Source: a virus
Taxonomy: Duplodnaviria > Caudoviricetes
DNA length: 62,550 nucleotides
Virus record (IMG/VR): IMGVR_UViG_3300020045_014212
Span: 1-62,550 of that record
Strand: one strand, 5' to 3'
The position numbers and the translations under genes are program-made. The notes beneath the pieces were generated by a model. The model did not search any database, was not told the DNA's origin, and worked only from the letters and a program-made list of their open reading frames with translations. Positions 45,399-56,529 of the stretch are shown here, piece by piece; the first letter of the stretch is position 1, and every line of letters begins with the position of its first letter.

Positions 45399-47924
45399 TT
45401 AAAACGGCAACTCCTCCTCAATCTTAACTGAAACACCACCAAACCTCATACCAGAAGATCTTATTCCGTTTTCGGTTATTTGTATATTGTTTTTCAAATC
45501 AATTCCTTTATACTTGCAGAATACCTCTAATCCGCGATTAAATGCTATCTTACCAAATGGCTTGCAGCCAGAATCTGCGCAATATTGTTTGTAAAGGTCT
45601 CCAACATACTTTGATGTAACCTCTCTACCTTCCCAGCTATCTATGTTTGTATTAAAGAAGTCCAAAAGGTAAAGATTGAAGCCGTTTTCAAACTGCTTAA
45701 CCCATCCGCCATCAGACATTTCCTTTTGTTCTATTTCATAATTGCACTCCAGAAATGTTTTTATGCAATCGGATATGAAATTATCAAACCAAAGATATTC
45801 ATAATCCTCCCAATCTGTCGGGAACATTTTTTTGTAGTACTTGTCAACGCCCTTGTGTCGTTTGAAGAACTCCGAGAACTCTAAATACCTTATCCTTCGC
45901 TTGAGTCCTCCATCGTGACTCAAATCAAATACGAAGTTAGACGAACCGCCCATTTTTGGCATATCCTCAATTCCAACCTCGTACTCGTTTATGAATTTTT
46001 TATTTACAACTGCATTTCCTGTGATTATGTCTTTCAAAAAATCAATTTTGAAGTCTTTTTGCATATCACTCAATACAAAAAGGCGTTCTTTGTTCCACGA
46101 TTGGAAGAGATCGCGAGACATATTTGCTTGTGCTGCGGGAACTGATTTAAAAGTCGTACTAAGTTCTAAAAGTGACCAGAATATATTTTTACCATTTCCA
46201 CCACCATTTCCGGAGTTTTCGCAAGACTCCGTTGCTATAACCATATAACCGCGAGTGTCTCGAAAATCGTGGCAGTAATATCCTATGCATTGCATTAGAT
46301 AGGTGTCCACTCCTATCGCTTTATTTAAAAAATCGTAGTATAACGACCTCGCAAATCCGCCACTTGTTTCGGAATAATCTTTCTTGAAACGATAAGGACG
46401 GTTATGGATTTTATCTTCCCAAACTAATTTATCAAGTTCCTTGTAATCTAGCAGTTTCTCGCCATCCTGAGTAATCTCTACATAGCAATTACTGAAGAAT
46501 TTGTAGGAGATCTCTGCAGTGGATCGGAGTATGAGACTTTCGTCAACATCACGAAATCTCTCACAAGTCCAATTTCCAGATGCTTGTAGAAATGCCTCAT
46601 AAGTGTCCAGAAGGTCGTCATCTTCCTCTTTTATATACGCCTTCATGTATTGGAAGAAATAGTCGCGCTCCACATACCTAACTATGTATCCGTCAATATA
46701 ACAAAGGTCATTTTTCTTTTTACGAAATCCGCACTCACCTGCTATTCGCAGGAATAATTCGCGGCTGATTTTAAACCCGCCCTCTTCGCCAATTTTCCAA
46801 AATACTCCGTATGGGTATTTTTCTTTCAGTTTTACACGTTCCTCTTCAAACTTCACCCTCCCCTTTTCAGAGAAATTAGCCGGAAGCACCCCTTCTTTCT
46901 TGCGAGCCTCGCGTTTTATTATAGAACTTTCAATAGCAGGACGGAGTTTCCCATAACCATTAGCCACAAACCAGTGATAACCTTCGCTCGCATCTTTAAA
47001 TTCTAATGCTATTTTTAGTGCGGAAGGTGAGTATCCTCGCGATTCTAATGAAGTAGTTGTAGTCCAAATTTTGAACATGTGGCTAGAAAAGTCATAAGAA
47101 GCATCAACGTCTTTGCCAATTCTACTCGGTTTTGAATAATATCGGCGGCTTCCAGAGTCCTTTACAACCTTCCATCCAGCCGCCTCCAGAACGCGAGACC
47201 CTTCTTCTGAATTATTGAACGCTACAAATGGATTTTCGTCATAATTATCTTCCCATGAGGTCTTCCTTTCCTTCTTTTCTTCGAAAACTTCGTTATAGGA
47301 GCGTAGATAGTTCAGGAGAGACGCATGTTCCTCTAGCGATAAGAACTTTACAAGTCTAACACCATCACCTCCAGATTCCTTCTCTATAACATAGCCATTA
47401 GAAGGAAAACAGTGGCAGAGCGAACCTTCTCCTTTTATCTCAACAAAGCATTTTTTCTTTATTTTGGGGTCAATCTCCCTTTCTTCTGGAGTTGTTTCTC
47501 TATGACAATAATTTTTAGACTCAACCTGTCCAAAAAATCTCCATAAAATATGGTATCCTCCACTTGGAGTCTTTTCTATCCGTAACTTCTCCCAAATTTC
47601 AGGCCATAATTCAACCAAACCCTTCAATATCCGTTCAGATATTCCATAATAATGCTTCTCGTCAATGTCTGCAACCAAGACACCATCGGATACAGAACCG
47701 CATCTCATGGCTACATAAGAGGTTCCTGCATGACGCATTAGGTCAAGTAATTCAAATATGTTGAGCTTTGGTTCACCCTGCCACTTTTTTACCTTTGGCA
47801 TTTTATCTGCGCCAACAGGAATTAAAGCAATAGAGTCACCAACAAGTTTTGATAATTCGGTCACAATGGAAGTGATAAAGGATTGGAAGGAATTAGAGTT
47901 CATCATTGGCGGCAGTGGGTTCAT
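45399..47924 (-). CDS. Bifunctional primase-polymerase/helicase
   Basis: N-terminal Prim-Pol (VADID, TPSGGYH); C-terminal P-loop GGNGKN; ends EEELPF. Confidence 0.88.
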   Translation of the reverse strand: MNPLPPMMNSNSFQSFITSIVTELSKLVGDSIALIPVGADKMPKVKKWQGEPKLNIFELLDLMRHAGTSYVAMRCGSVSDGVLVADIDEKHYYGISERILKGLVELWPEIWEKLRIEKTPSGGYHILWRFFGQVESKNYCHRETTPEEREIDPKIKKKCFVEIKGEGSLCHCFPSNGYVIEKESGGDGVRLVKFLSLEEHASLLNYLRSYNEVFEEKKERKTSWEDNYDENPFVAFNNSEEGSRVLEAAGWKVVKDSGSRRYYSKPSRIGKDVDASYDFSSHMFKIWTTTTSLESRGYSPSALKIALEFKDASEGYHWFVANGYGKLRPAIESSIIKREARKKEGVLPANFSEKGRVKFEEERVKLKEKYPYGVFWKIGEEGGFKISRELFLRIAGECGFRKKKNDLCYIDGYIVRYVERDYFFQYMKAYIKEEDDDLLDTYEAFLQASGNWTCERFRDVDESLILRSTAEISYKFFSNCYVEITQDGEKLLDYKELDKLVWEDKIHNRPYRFKKDYSETSGGFARSLYYDFLNKAIGVDTYLMQCIGYYCHDFRDTRGYMVIATESCENSGNGGGNGKNIFWSLLELSTTFKSVPAAQANMSRDLFQSWNKERLFVLSDMQKDFKIDFLKDIITGNAVVNKKFINEYEVGIEDMPKMGGSSNFVFDLSHDGGLKRRIRYLEFSEFFKRHKGVDKYYKKMFPTDWEDYEYLWFDNFISDCIKTFLECNYEIEQKEMSDGGWVKQFENGFNLYLLDFFNTNIDSWEGREVTSKYVGDLYKQYCADSGCKPFGKIAFNRGLEVFCKYKGIDLKNNIQITENGIRSSGMRFGGVSVKIEEELPF

Positions 47925-48162
47925 CCTCTACCCTCCAAATTCTAATACCCTCTTCTGTATTCCTTCTAACAAAGACGCGTTCTGGATTTTTCTTTTTAGC
48001 TATAAGCCTAAGTCTGTTTATTACTTTTGCAGCCTCAAGTCCTTCCGGTACTAAAAAAGATTGTCCAGCTTTAACCAAAAGTTTATAAGCTTCAATTCCG
48101 TACTGGTCTGCCTTTGGGAGTTTTTGTTCTATGCGAACGTCTTCTTCGATTTTTATTTCCAT
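47893..48162 (-). CDS. Hypothetical protein (GQSFLVP...GIRIWRV)
   Basis: Small phage protein motif; overlaps the primase start. Confidence 0.65.
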   Translation of the reverse strand: MEIKIEEDVRIEQKLPKADQYGIEAYKLLVKAGQSFLVPEGLEAAKVINRLRLIAKKKNPERVFVRRNTEEGIRIWRVEDEPTAANDEL

Positions 48163-48163
48163 T

Positions 48164-48481
48164 TCAATCTATGGTTATTTGATTCGGCCCTTTATATTTC
48201 GCCGAGTTTAAAAATTTTATGTGTCCTATCAAAGTCAGAACTCTCTCCCGAATGAACCTCCGAGGCAATCTCAACAATAGAAGTTCCAGGTTGGTTGAAC
48301 CTCGCAACCTATTACACTTATAATGAACGAGAACGATATTAATTTCATTCTCACTTCCACCCAGGGTTCGTGGTATAATATGTTCTCGAGTTGCCATCCA
48401 TTCTCTTGTGCCGGACATTGGTTTGTCGCAATAATAGCACTTTGAGGAGTCCTTTTGTAGGAATGGGTTATACTTCTTCAT
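48164..48481 (-). CDS. HNH endonuclease
   Basis: CYYC, TREHIIP..GG.N...N.....CN. Confidence 0.88.
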   Translation of the reverse strand: MKKYNPFLQKDSSKCYYCDKPMSGTREWMATREHIIPRTLGGSENEINIVLVHYKCNRLRGSTNLELLLLRLPRRFIRERVLTLIGHIKFLNSAKYKGPNQITID

Positions 48482-50570
48482 CCGCCAAGGCGATTAATCT
48501 TGTGTCGGACTCGTTGAAGTCTGTGAATGGAACGAAAACAGATGAGCTTGACACGATGTATTCGTCCATTCCATATATTTGAACTTCGTAAATAATGCCT
48601 CCAACAACCCTTACTATCAACATTCTTCCAACCCTTGTCGAGTCATGCAACTTCAACGCTTTTATTTCTTTCATATCTTTTCTCCGTATAAGTTATAACC
48701 AGTACTTAAAACCTTATTAAGCCAATAATAGTAATCAGTGTAAAAGGTGTGATACTCCATTTCACACATAATCTTATAAAACCACCATTTTAAAGGCAGA
48801 TTCTTTCCAGTAACTTTTGACCATGCCATAATCTATATCTTTTCTACATTAATAATGACAGAATATTTCCTCAATTCAAATGATACAACCATGCACCCTT
48901 CCACAATACTCCCAATTCCCATATATGGCCCTCCGCAAGGGTCAATCGCTATCGCAGGGTCGCCAGTTACTCCTAAAGAAAAATAATCGTGCAATAGAAG
49001 TGTAGTATCGTCGATTTTTGTTATCGAGTAATGGTTGAATTTTTTTGTCATAATTCCTTCATTTTATTATTTCTCGCATAGTGCCAACCCGACCTCCAAG
49101 CATGATACGAGCCGGTTCCTTCAAAATAGGGATTTGTCCTAAACCCAGATATGTAAGAGGCAACTCCTTGGATGAATTCGTTGTAAATCATATCATTGGA
49201 AGTTTAGTTCCAGAAGGAGTTCCGAATTTTGCAACTTCGATTCCGGTTTCGGTGCTATACACAGTAGAAGGAAGTAATATCACGGGGTCTAATTCTTCCG
49301 CCCACTCCCACGAAAATAAAACAATGGAAGGATATTTGTCGTATGGCGTGTCGGTCATAGAGAGTCGAATTTGGATTCAAGAGAATTTATTTCTAATTCA
49401 AGTTTCGAAATTTCATTTTCAATCATAAAAAGAATTGATTCAGAAGAAATTTCAAATGTCCTTTCTGTCCTATCTTTTGATATTGAAACAGAATAGATTC
49501 CATAATCAACATCTTTATAATCCGATGCAAATAGCGAAAGTTCATTTTTCCTTTTGTAGGAGTCATTCAGTTCCAACTGAATATTTTCGGCCTCTCTGAA
49601 TTTTTGGAAGGTCATGCTGAGCCAAATTTATTTGATACAAAATTATCTATGTCTGTCGGTTCAAATCCCAACTCCTCTAACCTTTCCTTATCCGCACCAG
49701 AGACAATAGAAGGAGAAACGTGAACATACATTTCGTCATGTTCACAAGATGTTGGATATTTTTCGTTTGAATATTTCAAAAATATCTGTAGTGCTTCGAT
49801 TAGTTCTTTCATACTCCAAAAGATTTTTCGATTTCTAAAATTTGTACCGATACCAAAGATATTTGTTTCGCTATGGCCTCCAGTAAAATGTCCGGTCTGA
49901 GATAAAAAGAAAATGTAGTGGAATAAGTTATGGCGGAGTCTCCCGTGTATGATTCTGCGTCTAACTTTATTGCATTCTGGACTTTTTTCAATTCCTGAAA
50001 TTTAGCTTCCAGCGCAACTAATTCTCGTACTTGTTGGATTTGGGATTGTGTCATTCTTCATGAAAAGATTTAGCTTTGGAAATAAGAACCATGCTGAAAA
50101 TAACTGAAGCGGAAAAAATTATTAGAAGGATAATGTCTCGGGTTGTCATAGGTACGTTCGATTGATTTTAGCTTTAATATTCAAAATCTTTCCACGTAAA
50201 CGAGAAAGATTAATTTCGATTTCATTTAAAACATTAACACACCTTAACTTGAAGATTATACCTTCGTGATTAACCTCGATGTATTTTTGTTTTGAAATTG
50301 AGTGTTTGGCGTTAAGATAGTTTAAAAAATCTTTTTCTAGTTCCGCCAATTCTTTTTCTAGTCCGGTGCGATTTGTCATTAGAAGAAAGTATGATGGCCG
50401 CTAGGCCAAGTATTTAAAGATTTTCGTCCGTCAATATTATTGGGATGGCAAATATAGGTAGGTTTCGGGTCGTTTCCAAATTTATTTGGGATATATTTTT
50501 TCATAATCCCTAATCCAACAAATCCGGCTATCATTAGAAGGAAAGTGAGGCCATTCGGAATCTCAGACAT
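48468..50570 (-). other. Run of short minus-strand hypothetical ORFs (48468-48674, 48833-49051, 49355-49615, 49612-49812, 49809-50054, 50146-50379, 50379-50570)
   Basis: Co-oriented, abutting or ATGA-overlapping ORFs of 63-86 aa. Confidence 0.65.
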
Positions 50571-51030
50571 ATATGAATTTTTTTCATATAACCTACAAAT
50601 ATTTATTTTCCCAATCCATAACCCATATTACAATTATGTATCTATCTATCAAAATCGACCAATCCCAATTTTTTTCGTCAGGAAAAGGCGCAACTATATG
50701 CATACATTTGTATGCAATTTTCATAAACCACTAACAACCAACACCCTACATAGTAACATATGTAATCAAACAAATATACTAGAAGTTAAAACGGCCTATT
50801 ATTATCTATTAATTTTCAAAACAACAACACAACAAAAACACAAACAATATAGACACAATCTATTTTTAGGGGTACGCGTTATAGAATATAGCTATAAAGG
50901 CAATTTTTTTATTTTTGATTAGGCTAAAATTTTTTAGCTATTTATGGGGGTGCATTTTTTTGCCTCAACTATTTGTTTTAAATCATATGACTATTTGTAA
51001 AACGTTCACTATCAATAGGTTAGAGATTGA

Positions 51031-51088
51031 TGTACATACACGTTGTGCATAAAGTTGTGCATATAGTTTCGTACATACTCTATGCATA
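51031..51088. repeat. Five imperfect 8-mer repeats (TGTACATA/TGTGCATA/TATGCATA) spaced 11-14 nt
   Basis: Units at 51031, 51044, 51056, 51070, 51081 in a long non-coding region. Confidence 0.6.
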
Positions 51089-52128
51089 ACGTATAAATTT
51101 TTACTATTCCATAATTCCCCTATTCATAATCTATTGATAATCAACAAACGCAATAGAAATTTTTGACATTCATTGTGTTTTGTAATGTATATGTGATTGA
51201 TTTTCAAATGGTGGAAATCTTGGTAGAATCTTTGGGTGTTTTTGAAATTGGTTCAAATTCCAAGATTCCAGTCTTGAAGTGGCTTAATATGAAATCGGAA
51301 ATATTTGTGGGTGTAGTACCGAGCACCCCACCGGCCTGAAAAGACGTGGGATTCACTTCCGCTACCCTACCCTACTCACACACGCACACGCATATACACA
51401 CGCATACACACGACACATGCACCATGCACACAAATACCCACAATGCCAATTCCCGCGATTTTGCGCCACATTTCAGCCCATCAAACCTATTTCCGATACA
51501 TTGTGTCAACCATACAATTTGCGGTCAAATTTGGCCATGTTTTTGCCCTATTTGACAAACCACAAATGACCGTATGTAGTATGTCAATATCCACCATCGT
51601 AATATGTACCCATATTCAATGAATTTATCTATGTTAGTTATTTGATATGTTAATTCAAATCATATAATAGTTGTTACGAAATAGCTATATATATTAATAG
51701 CCGATTATCGACAATTTAAACAAATTAATAATATCATACCTAATAAATATAATTTGGCCTACCTAAATAGTTAAAATCCATTAACATTTACCCACGATAC
51801 CCCACAATTAGCCGGAAATAGCCCAAATTTCGATTCTAACACGTTATGATACCACACTATTCGAAAATCATTTAACGGGCTAGAATAAAAATAATACATT
51901 TTTCGATACATAAATCATTATAGGACATAGGATTGAATCCTGGAAATTATCCTAATATGAGAATTATTCCTAATACGTTTGGGCCTACATTACGATCTTT
52001 TCTAAATTATAGATCTTTTGGTATGGGAATAACCATCATTAACAAAACAATAACACCCCAATAATTTGGAAATGTCGGGAAATAGAACTATAACGCACAC
52101 GTCCACCGAACACATGAGGATATTATAC

Positions 52129-52205
52129 ATTAACATCTAATTAAGAAAATAGTTCTCACAATTACCGATTATTGACCTATATTTGCACTACAAAACACAA
52201 ACGAT
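52129..52205 (+). promoter_or_regulatory. Early promoter unit
   Basis: TTAACATCTAATTAAGAAAATAGTTCT...TATATTTG (52178-52185)...ACAAAACACAAACGAT-ATG. Confidence 0.75.
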
Positions 52206-52370
52206 ATGTACACAGCCGAAACAATACAGGAAATGAGAAATTGGGCCTATGATTGTGCAATTGACCGCGAAGACCTATTAAATATGCGTAGGGCTTCCGA
52301 CGAATCAATTATACGCTGGGTATCAAAAAATTATGATGGCGGGATTGACGCATTCCTTAAAAACATTTAA
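52206..52370 (+). CDS. Small hypothetical protein (54 aa)
   Basis: MYTAETIQEMRNWAYDC...NYDGGIDAFLKNI read by hand. Confidence 0.7.
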   Translation: MYTAETIQEMRNWAYDCAIDREDLLNMRRASDESIIRWVSKNYDGGIDAFLKNI

Positions 52371-52979
52371 TCATTAACCTCAAAAAATCAAATATATGAA
52401 AATCTCAAAAATCAACCAAACCACTACTATTGTAATAGAAAACAATGTAGCCGAAATGCAGGTATTATTAAATGCATTAGAATGTTATAATTTGTCATAC
52501 TTTAGGGAACACAACACACGCACCCACCGGATATATTAGTTATTTTGACATTAACATCTAGTTAAGAAAATAGTTCTTGTTTGGAACGTCCCTATATACT
52601 ACATTTGTGACGTGGTAAGGATACCACAATCGCCAATTTCGGCATAAAACATTGAAAATCAACGAGTTATGAAATTTCAAATAGAATACAATCTCGAAAC
52701 AACTATTTACCGCGATTATAACGGTCAAATAATTGAACCTTCCGATATTGATAAACTGATGTTTTCAATATTTGGCGATTGTGCCGACAATGTAACTGGC
52801 ATAGCTACTGCCACATATACAAAAGAAACATCTATTATACACACATTTACTTCCACTAATATGAAACAGGCCGAAGTTTACGCGATTGAATATTGTGGTA
52901 AATATGGCGTTAATGCTGCCAACATATTTGTATCAAAAATCTAATTTAATCATTAACCTCAAAAAATCAAATATATGAA
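52365..52979 (+). repeat. 36-bp perfect direct repeat covering translation leader and start (52365-52400, 52944-52979)
   Basis: ATTTAATCATTAACCTCAAAAAATCAAATATATGAA twice. Confidence 0.9.
52669..52944 (+). CDS. Hypothetical protein
   Basis: Follows promoter TACATTTG at 52600-52607. Confidence 0.65.
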   Translation: MKFQIEYNLETTIYRDYNGQIIEPSDIDKLMFSIFGDCADNVTGIATATYTKETSIIHTFTSTNMKQAEVYAIEYCGKYGVNAANIFVSKI

Positions 52980-53163
52980 CACCGAACAAAAAGAATTTAT
53001 CAATAATGCAATCCGCGAAATTAATGATTCAATTGGCGAAGTTATTGCAAATGTTCCGTATGAAGTTTACGAACAAAATGCGAATCAATTCTCAACTATC
53101 AATATGGCAGTGGGGAAATTGTTAGGTTTTATGAGTGAATATTCAAAAATAAATAATATTTAA
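52975..53163 (+). CDS. Hypothetical protein
   Basis: Starts within the repeated leader; followed by a terminator. Confidence 0.65.
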   Translation: MNTEQKEFINNAIREINDSIGEVIANVPYEVYEQNANQFSTINMAVGKLLGFMSEYSKINNI

Positions 53164-53195
53164 AAATAATCCCTACTTCTGTAGGGATTATTTTT
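53162..53195. terminator. Intrinsic terminator
   Basis: AAAAATAATCCCTAC TTCT GTAGGGATTATTTTT. Confidence 0.85.
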
Positions 53196-53460
53196 GACCT
53201 GACATATTATAAAATTTTAGATATGAATTGACCTACGGCATACTATCTTCTATTGATTGAAATTTGGGCTATTTTGCGACCTATTCCTGCCCCTAAAATT
53301 AAAATCTGATAGTTAGGTATGCCTGAAAAATTGATACCCTAGAAACGAACGCCACGCCATAGTATAAAATCTTCTAATATTATCGCCATAGGGAACATAT
53401 TAGATGAAATTATCTATAAAAATAAAATGATAGATAAATTCTTCTAATATGACCAGATAA

Positions 53461-53488
53461 AAATAATCCCCGATTCATCGGGGATATA
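53461..53488 (-). terminator. Intrinsic terminator
   Basis: AAAATAATCCCCGA TTCA TCGGGGAT after gene 53491..53712. Confidence 0.8.
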
Positions 53489-53490
53489 TC

Positions 53491-53712
53491 TTAGAAATTT
53501 AAAATTTCTGATTTTTTCGATTGCCAAACTTTATTTATTTCAATTAGTGCATTATAGTCGTTACCTACCTGTTTTATCGCTGCCATTGTAGCGTTATGCA
53601 TGTTCGTTAGCGCGGCAATCAATTGCGCCGACATACTACCTTCCAATAGTAAAACTGGGTGTTTCAGGTTATACATTGTGTTGGCGTTTTCGAAGTGTTG
53701 TGCGTGTGTCAT
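53491..53712 (-). CDS. Hypothetical protein
   Basis: Own promoter (TAATTTTG at 53729-53736) and terminator. Confidence 0.7.
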   Translation of the reverse strand: MTHAQHFENANTMYNLKHPVLLLEGSMSAQLIAALTNMHNATMAAIKQVGNDYNALIEINKVWQSKKSEILNF

Positions 53713-53841
53713 ATCTGTTAATTTTTATCAAAATTACGGTGAGATGTGTCGAAGTGGAGTTATCTAATTGTTAATGTATAAAAATAATTTTTAGTAATTT
53801 GTTTTTGATTTGATAAATAATTTTCTTACATATGATTATAT

Positions 53842-53872
53842 AAAAATAATCCCTAAATTAATAGGGATTATA
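53842..53872 (-). terminator. Intrinsic terminator
   Basis: AAAAATAATCCCTA AATTAA TAGGGATTA. Confidence 0.8.
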
Positions 53873-53874
53873 TA

Positions 53875-54120
53875 TTAATCAGCCAGATGAATATTAGAAT
53901 TAATAAAATCTCTAACTTCTTCTAATGTGTTAATTTCTTTCCTACACGATAACCCACTACACTCCAACACATAAAAACCACCCAACCTATCATTAACCTT
54001 CGATACTTCGTATGGCAATGTTATATTGCCATTATCTGCCTGATAGTTATTTTTACTATATTTCTTATGTGTTACTATGTTGCCATTGGCATCTGTTCCT
54101 GTTGGTATTGTAAATTTCAT
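53875..54120 (-). CDS. Hypothetical protein
   Basis: Leader resembles the 36-bp repeat. Confidence 0.65.
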   Translation of the reverse strand: MKFTIPTGTDANGNIVTHKKYSKNNYQADNGNITLPYEVSKVNDRLGGFYVLECSGLSCRKEINTLEEVRDFINSNIHLAD

Positions 54121-54145
54121 AATATTTGATTTTTATGGTTGAGGA

Positions 54146-54493
54146 TTAATTCTTTTCGACAGCTGGCTGATATGGCATGTAGTCGCTATTATCTCCATTT
54201 ATTAAATACATATATTCGTCGCAAAACCTTTGAACTTTCAAATTATTCACATAACGACTATCATTTTTTAACCTGTTGATTTTTTCGCAAAAATCATTAT
54301 TAGTGTAATTTTTTGCGCCAGTTATATAATCATTTGACCATATCTTACATATCTCCAATATGCCTGCGCCATCTACTGAAAGACTGTAGGCACTACTGCT
54401 ATTTCCGTTCCATATTGGGGACATAATATCAACAACTAATGACATTGCGTCATTAAGAAAACAGGCCCAAATTTCTGTATTAATTTTTTTCAT
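54146..54493 (-). CDS. Hypothetical protein
   Basis: Follows promoter TACATTTG at 54527-54534 (minus). Confidence 0.65.
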   Translation of the reverse strand: MKKINTEIWACFLNDAMSLVVDIMSPIWNGNSSSAYSLSVDGAGILEICKIWSNDYITGAKNYTNNDFCEKINRLKNDSRYVNNLKVQRFCDEYMYLINGDNSDYMPYQPAVEKN

Positions 54494-55840
54494 ATTTGCG
54501 AGTTTTGTGCGGGTTAATTCCCGCTACAAATGTATGCCATACCAACACGATAAACAAGTACTATTTCCTTAATCAATTGTTAATGTCAAATTACCTAATG
54601 GATAATAGGAACACACGCACACGAATAACCAAAAATCTGACACTACCAAATTTTTATACCACAATAACAATAGAATAACATTTGACCTAAAATTATGACA
54701 ATTAAATGACAATCTAAATTAGGAAATTACAACTATCACAGGAATAGGACGTTATAAATATGAAAATAGGTTATTTTTAAATTTTGACCTCAAACATACT
54801 CCGGATACATAGTTATCGCTACGAAATAGAAGGGCTGCAATCGCCTAAAAATAGCCCTAAAATTGATTTGTCAATCTGGCATGAAAATTTGACATAGACT
54901 ATATTAATACTTCCAATGTCAGTGCGCTTAATAACGAAACAATAACAATAAAAAATTTGGAAGTGTCAAATATGGTGCGGCATGTGCCAAATTGACAAAA
55001 CCAAATTTTTCGCTACCTTTAACAAATCATTAATTCATATTAGAACAAATTATAAACTGTTATTAGAATGATAGATAAATCTTTTTAATATGGGGTATCT
55101 TTAACAATTTTTTAACAAAATAAATTTGTTTGTTTCGAATACCAACAGGATCAATTAGTTATGTATTGTGTGAATTGTAATTTTTAAATCTGACCAGATC
55201 TCAACATTTGAATAGTAGCGTATCATACCGGAATAGATGGCGGGAATTTGGCTAAAAATAGGCATAGAAACGATTTGCCAGTATGTCACACTTTTTATGA
55301 CGGATTGACATACACAAATACTAATACTTCTAATGTTTGGATACTAATAACAAAAGAATAACAGCGGAAAATTTGTTATTGTCAATCTGGCAATTTTTAT
55401 GACAAATTGACATTTCCAAATAAAATGGAAGGATTAACAATAGAATAACAAAAATGCTACGGATTAACAAAAGGATAACAGACGGAAATTTGGAAAAATC
55501 AAACCTATTGAGAATCAATCTGGTATGTATGGGATAATATGTAATTTTTATTCTAGACACGATCTTGGCTGTCTGATACATTTGTGTTGTCGGCATTATT
55601 GAGGTCAAATTTCGGGCTAAAAATGGGCAAGGAATTGATTATAGCGCAAACGATATGGAACTAATAAGGACTATTTTTGAACGTTAACAAATGAATAACT
55701 CCGTTTTATCTTCTAATGTCGTATATCGCGCTCCTGTTGGGCGACATATTATGAAAATTGACATTAACATACGGTTAAGGAAATATGTCTTGGAATACAA
55801 CACAACACGACCTACATTTGTATAACAAAACACAAACGAT

Positions 55841-56002
55841 ATGAACACATTAATGCTGACACAATTAACCACACAAACACTTGAAATAATGATTTGTGAG
55901 CTGACCGCTAAAATAGATTCATCTAATTCAAAAACACGCAAAGATATGTTGTGGAAATTTGTATATGAAATTAACGAAGTTATCGCCTGTAGAACAAAAT
56001 AA
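55841..56002 (+). CDS. Small hypothetical protein (53 aa)
   Basis: After promoter TACATTTG (55813-55820) and the shared ACAAAACACAAACGAT leader. Confidence 0.65.
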   Translation: MNTLMLTQLTTQTLEIMICELTAKIDSSNSKTRKDMLWKFVYEINEVIACRTK

Positions 56003-56029
56003 TTAATTTCACTCATAAAAATAGATAAT

Positions 56030-56206
56030 ATGAACACTTACCAAGCATTTTTCAAAAACAAAAGTATTCAGGTTGACGCAAATACTAGCTACGAAGCTCA
56101 ACTATTGGCAGCGAAAGAATTTAAAGCCAAAAAATCATACGAAGTTACTGTAATGTTAGTAGCTAAAAATGGCGAACAATACACACATTCCACAGCCAGT
56201 ATTTAA
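56030..56206 (+). CDS. Small phage protein (58 aa)
   Basis: MNTYQAFFKNKSIQVDANTSYEAQLLAAKEFKAKKSYEVTVML... read by hand. Confidence 0.7.
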   Translation: MNTYQAFFKNKSIQVDANTSYEAQLLAAKEFKAKKSYEVTVMLVAKNGEQYTHSTASI

Positions 56207-56227
56207 CACATTTACCTTCCAATAACA

Positions 56228-56268
56228 CCCCACAATCTAACAAGATGTGGGGATTTGGAGGTGAAAAA
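56228..56268 (+). promoter_or_regulatory. Bulged-A hairpin + GGUGAAA element (copy 6)
   Basis: CCCCACA-A-TCT AACA AGA-TGTGGGG ATTTGGAGGTGAAA. Confidence 0.75.
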
Positions 56269-56278
56269 ATTAACGAAT

Positions 56279-56524
56279 ATGGAACTGATAGATTACAAAA
56301 TACCAAATTGGGCACTTTGCGCCTTAATTAATGGTGATTATGACGGATTGACTGACGAAGATATGACCAAGATTGAAACGTTTGTTAGTGAAGTTGTGGC
56401 AAAATTTGGTAACGCAAATTTTATGCTAGGCAATGAATCTGACGAGCTTGGTTTTTGTCATTATAATGACATAGATAACTTGGGTGCAGATTGCTCACGT
56501 TTATATATTAATCCTTCAAAATAA
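56279..56524 (+). CDS. Hypothetical phage protein
   Basis: IP.WALCALINGDY.GL.DED motif; start MELIDY. Confidence 0.7.
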   Translation: MELIDYKIPNWALCALINGDYDGLTDEDMTKIETFVSEVVAKFGNANFMLGNESDELGFCHYNDIDNLGADCSRLYINPSK

Positions 56525-56529
56525 AAATT

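Noticed and set aside
50545-51555. ORFs 50545..50922 and 51346..51555
   Set aside because: Low-complexity or atypical composition in a regulatory region; no leader or operon context.
52365-52979. 36-bp direct repeat as a CRISPR repeat or att site
   Set aside because: Only two copies 579 bp apart, each ending in a start codon; better explained as a duplicated translation leader.
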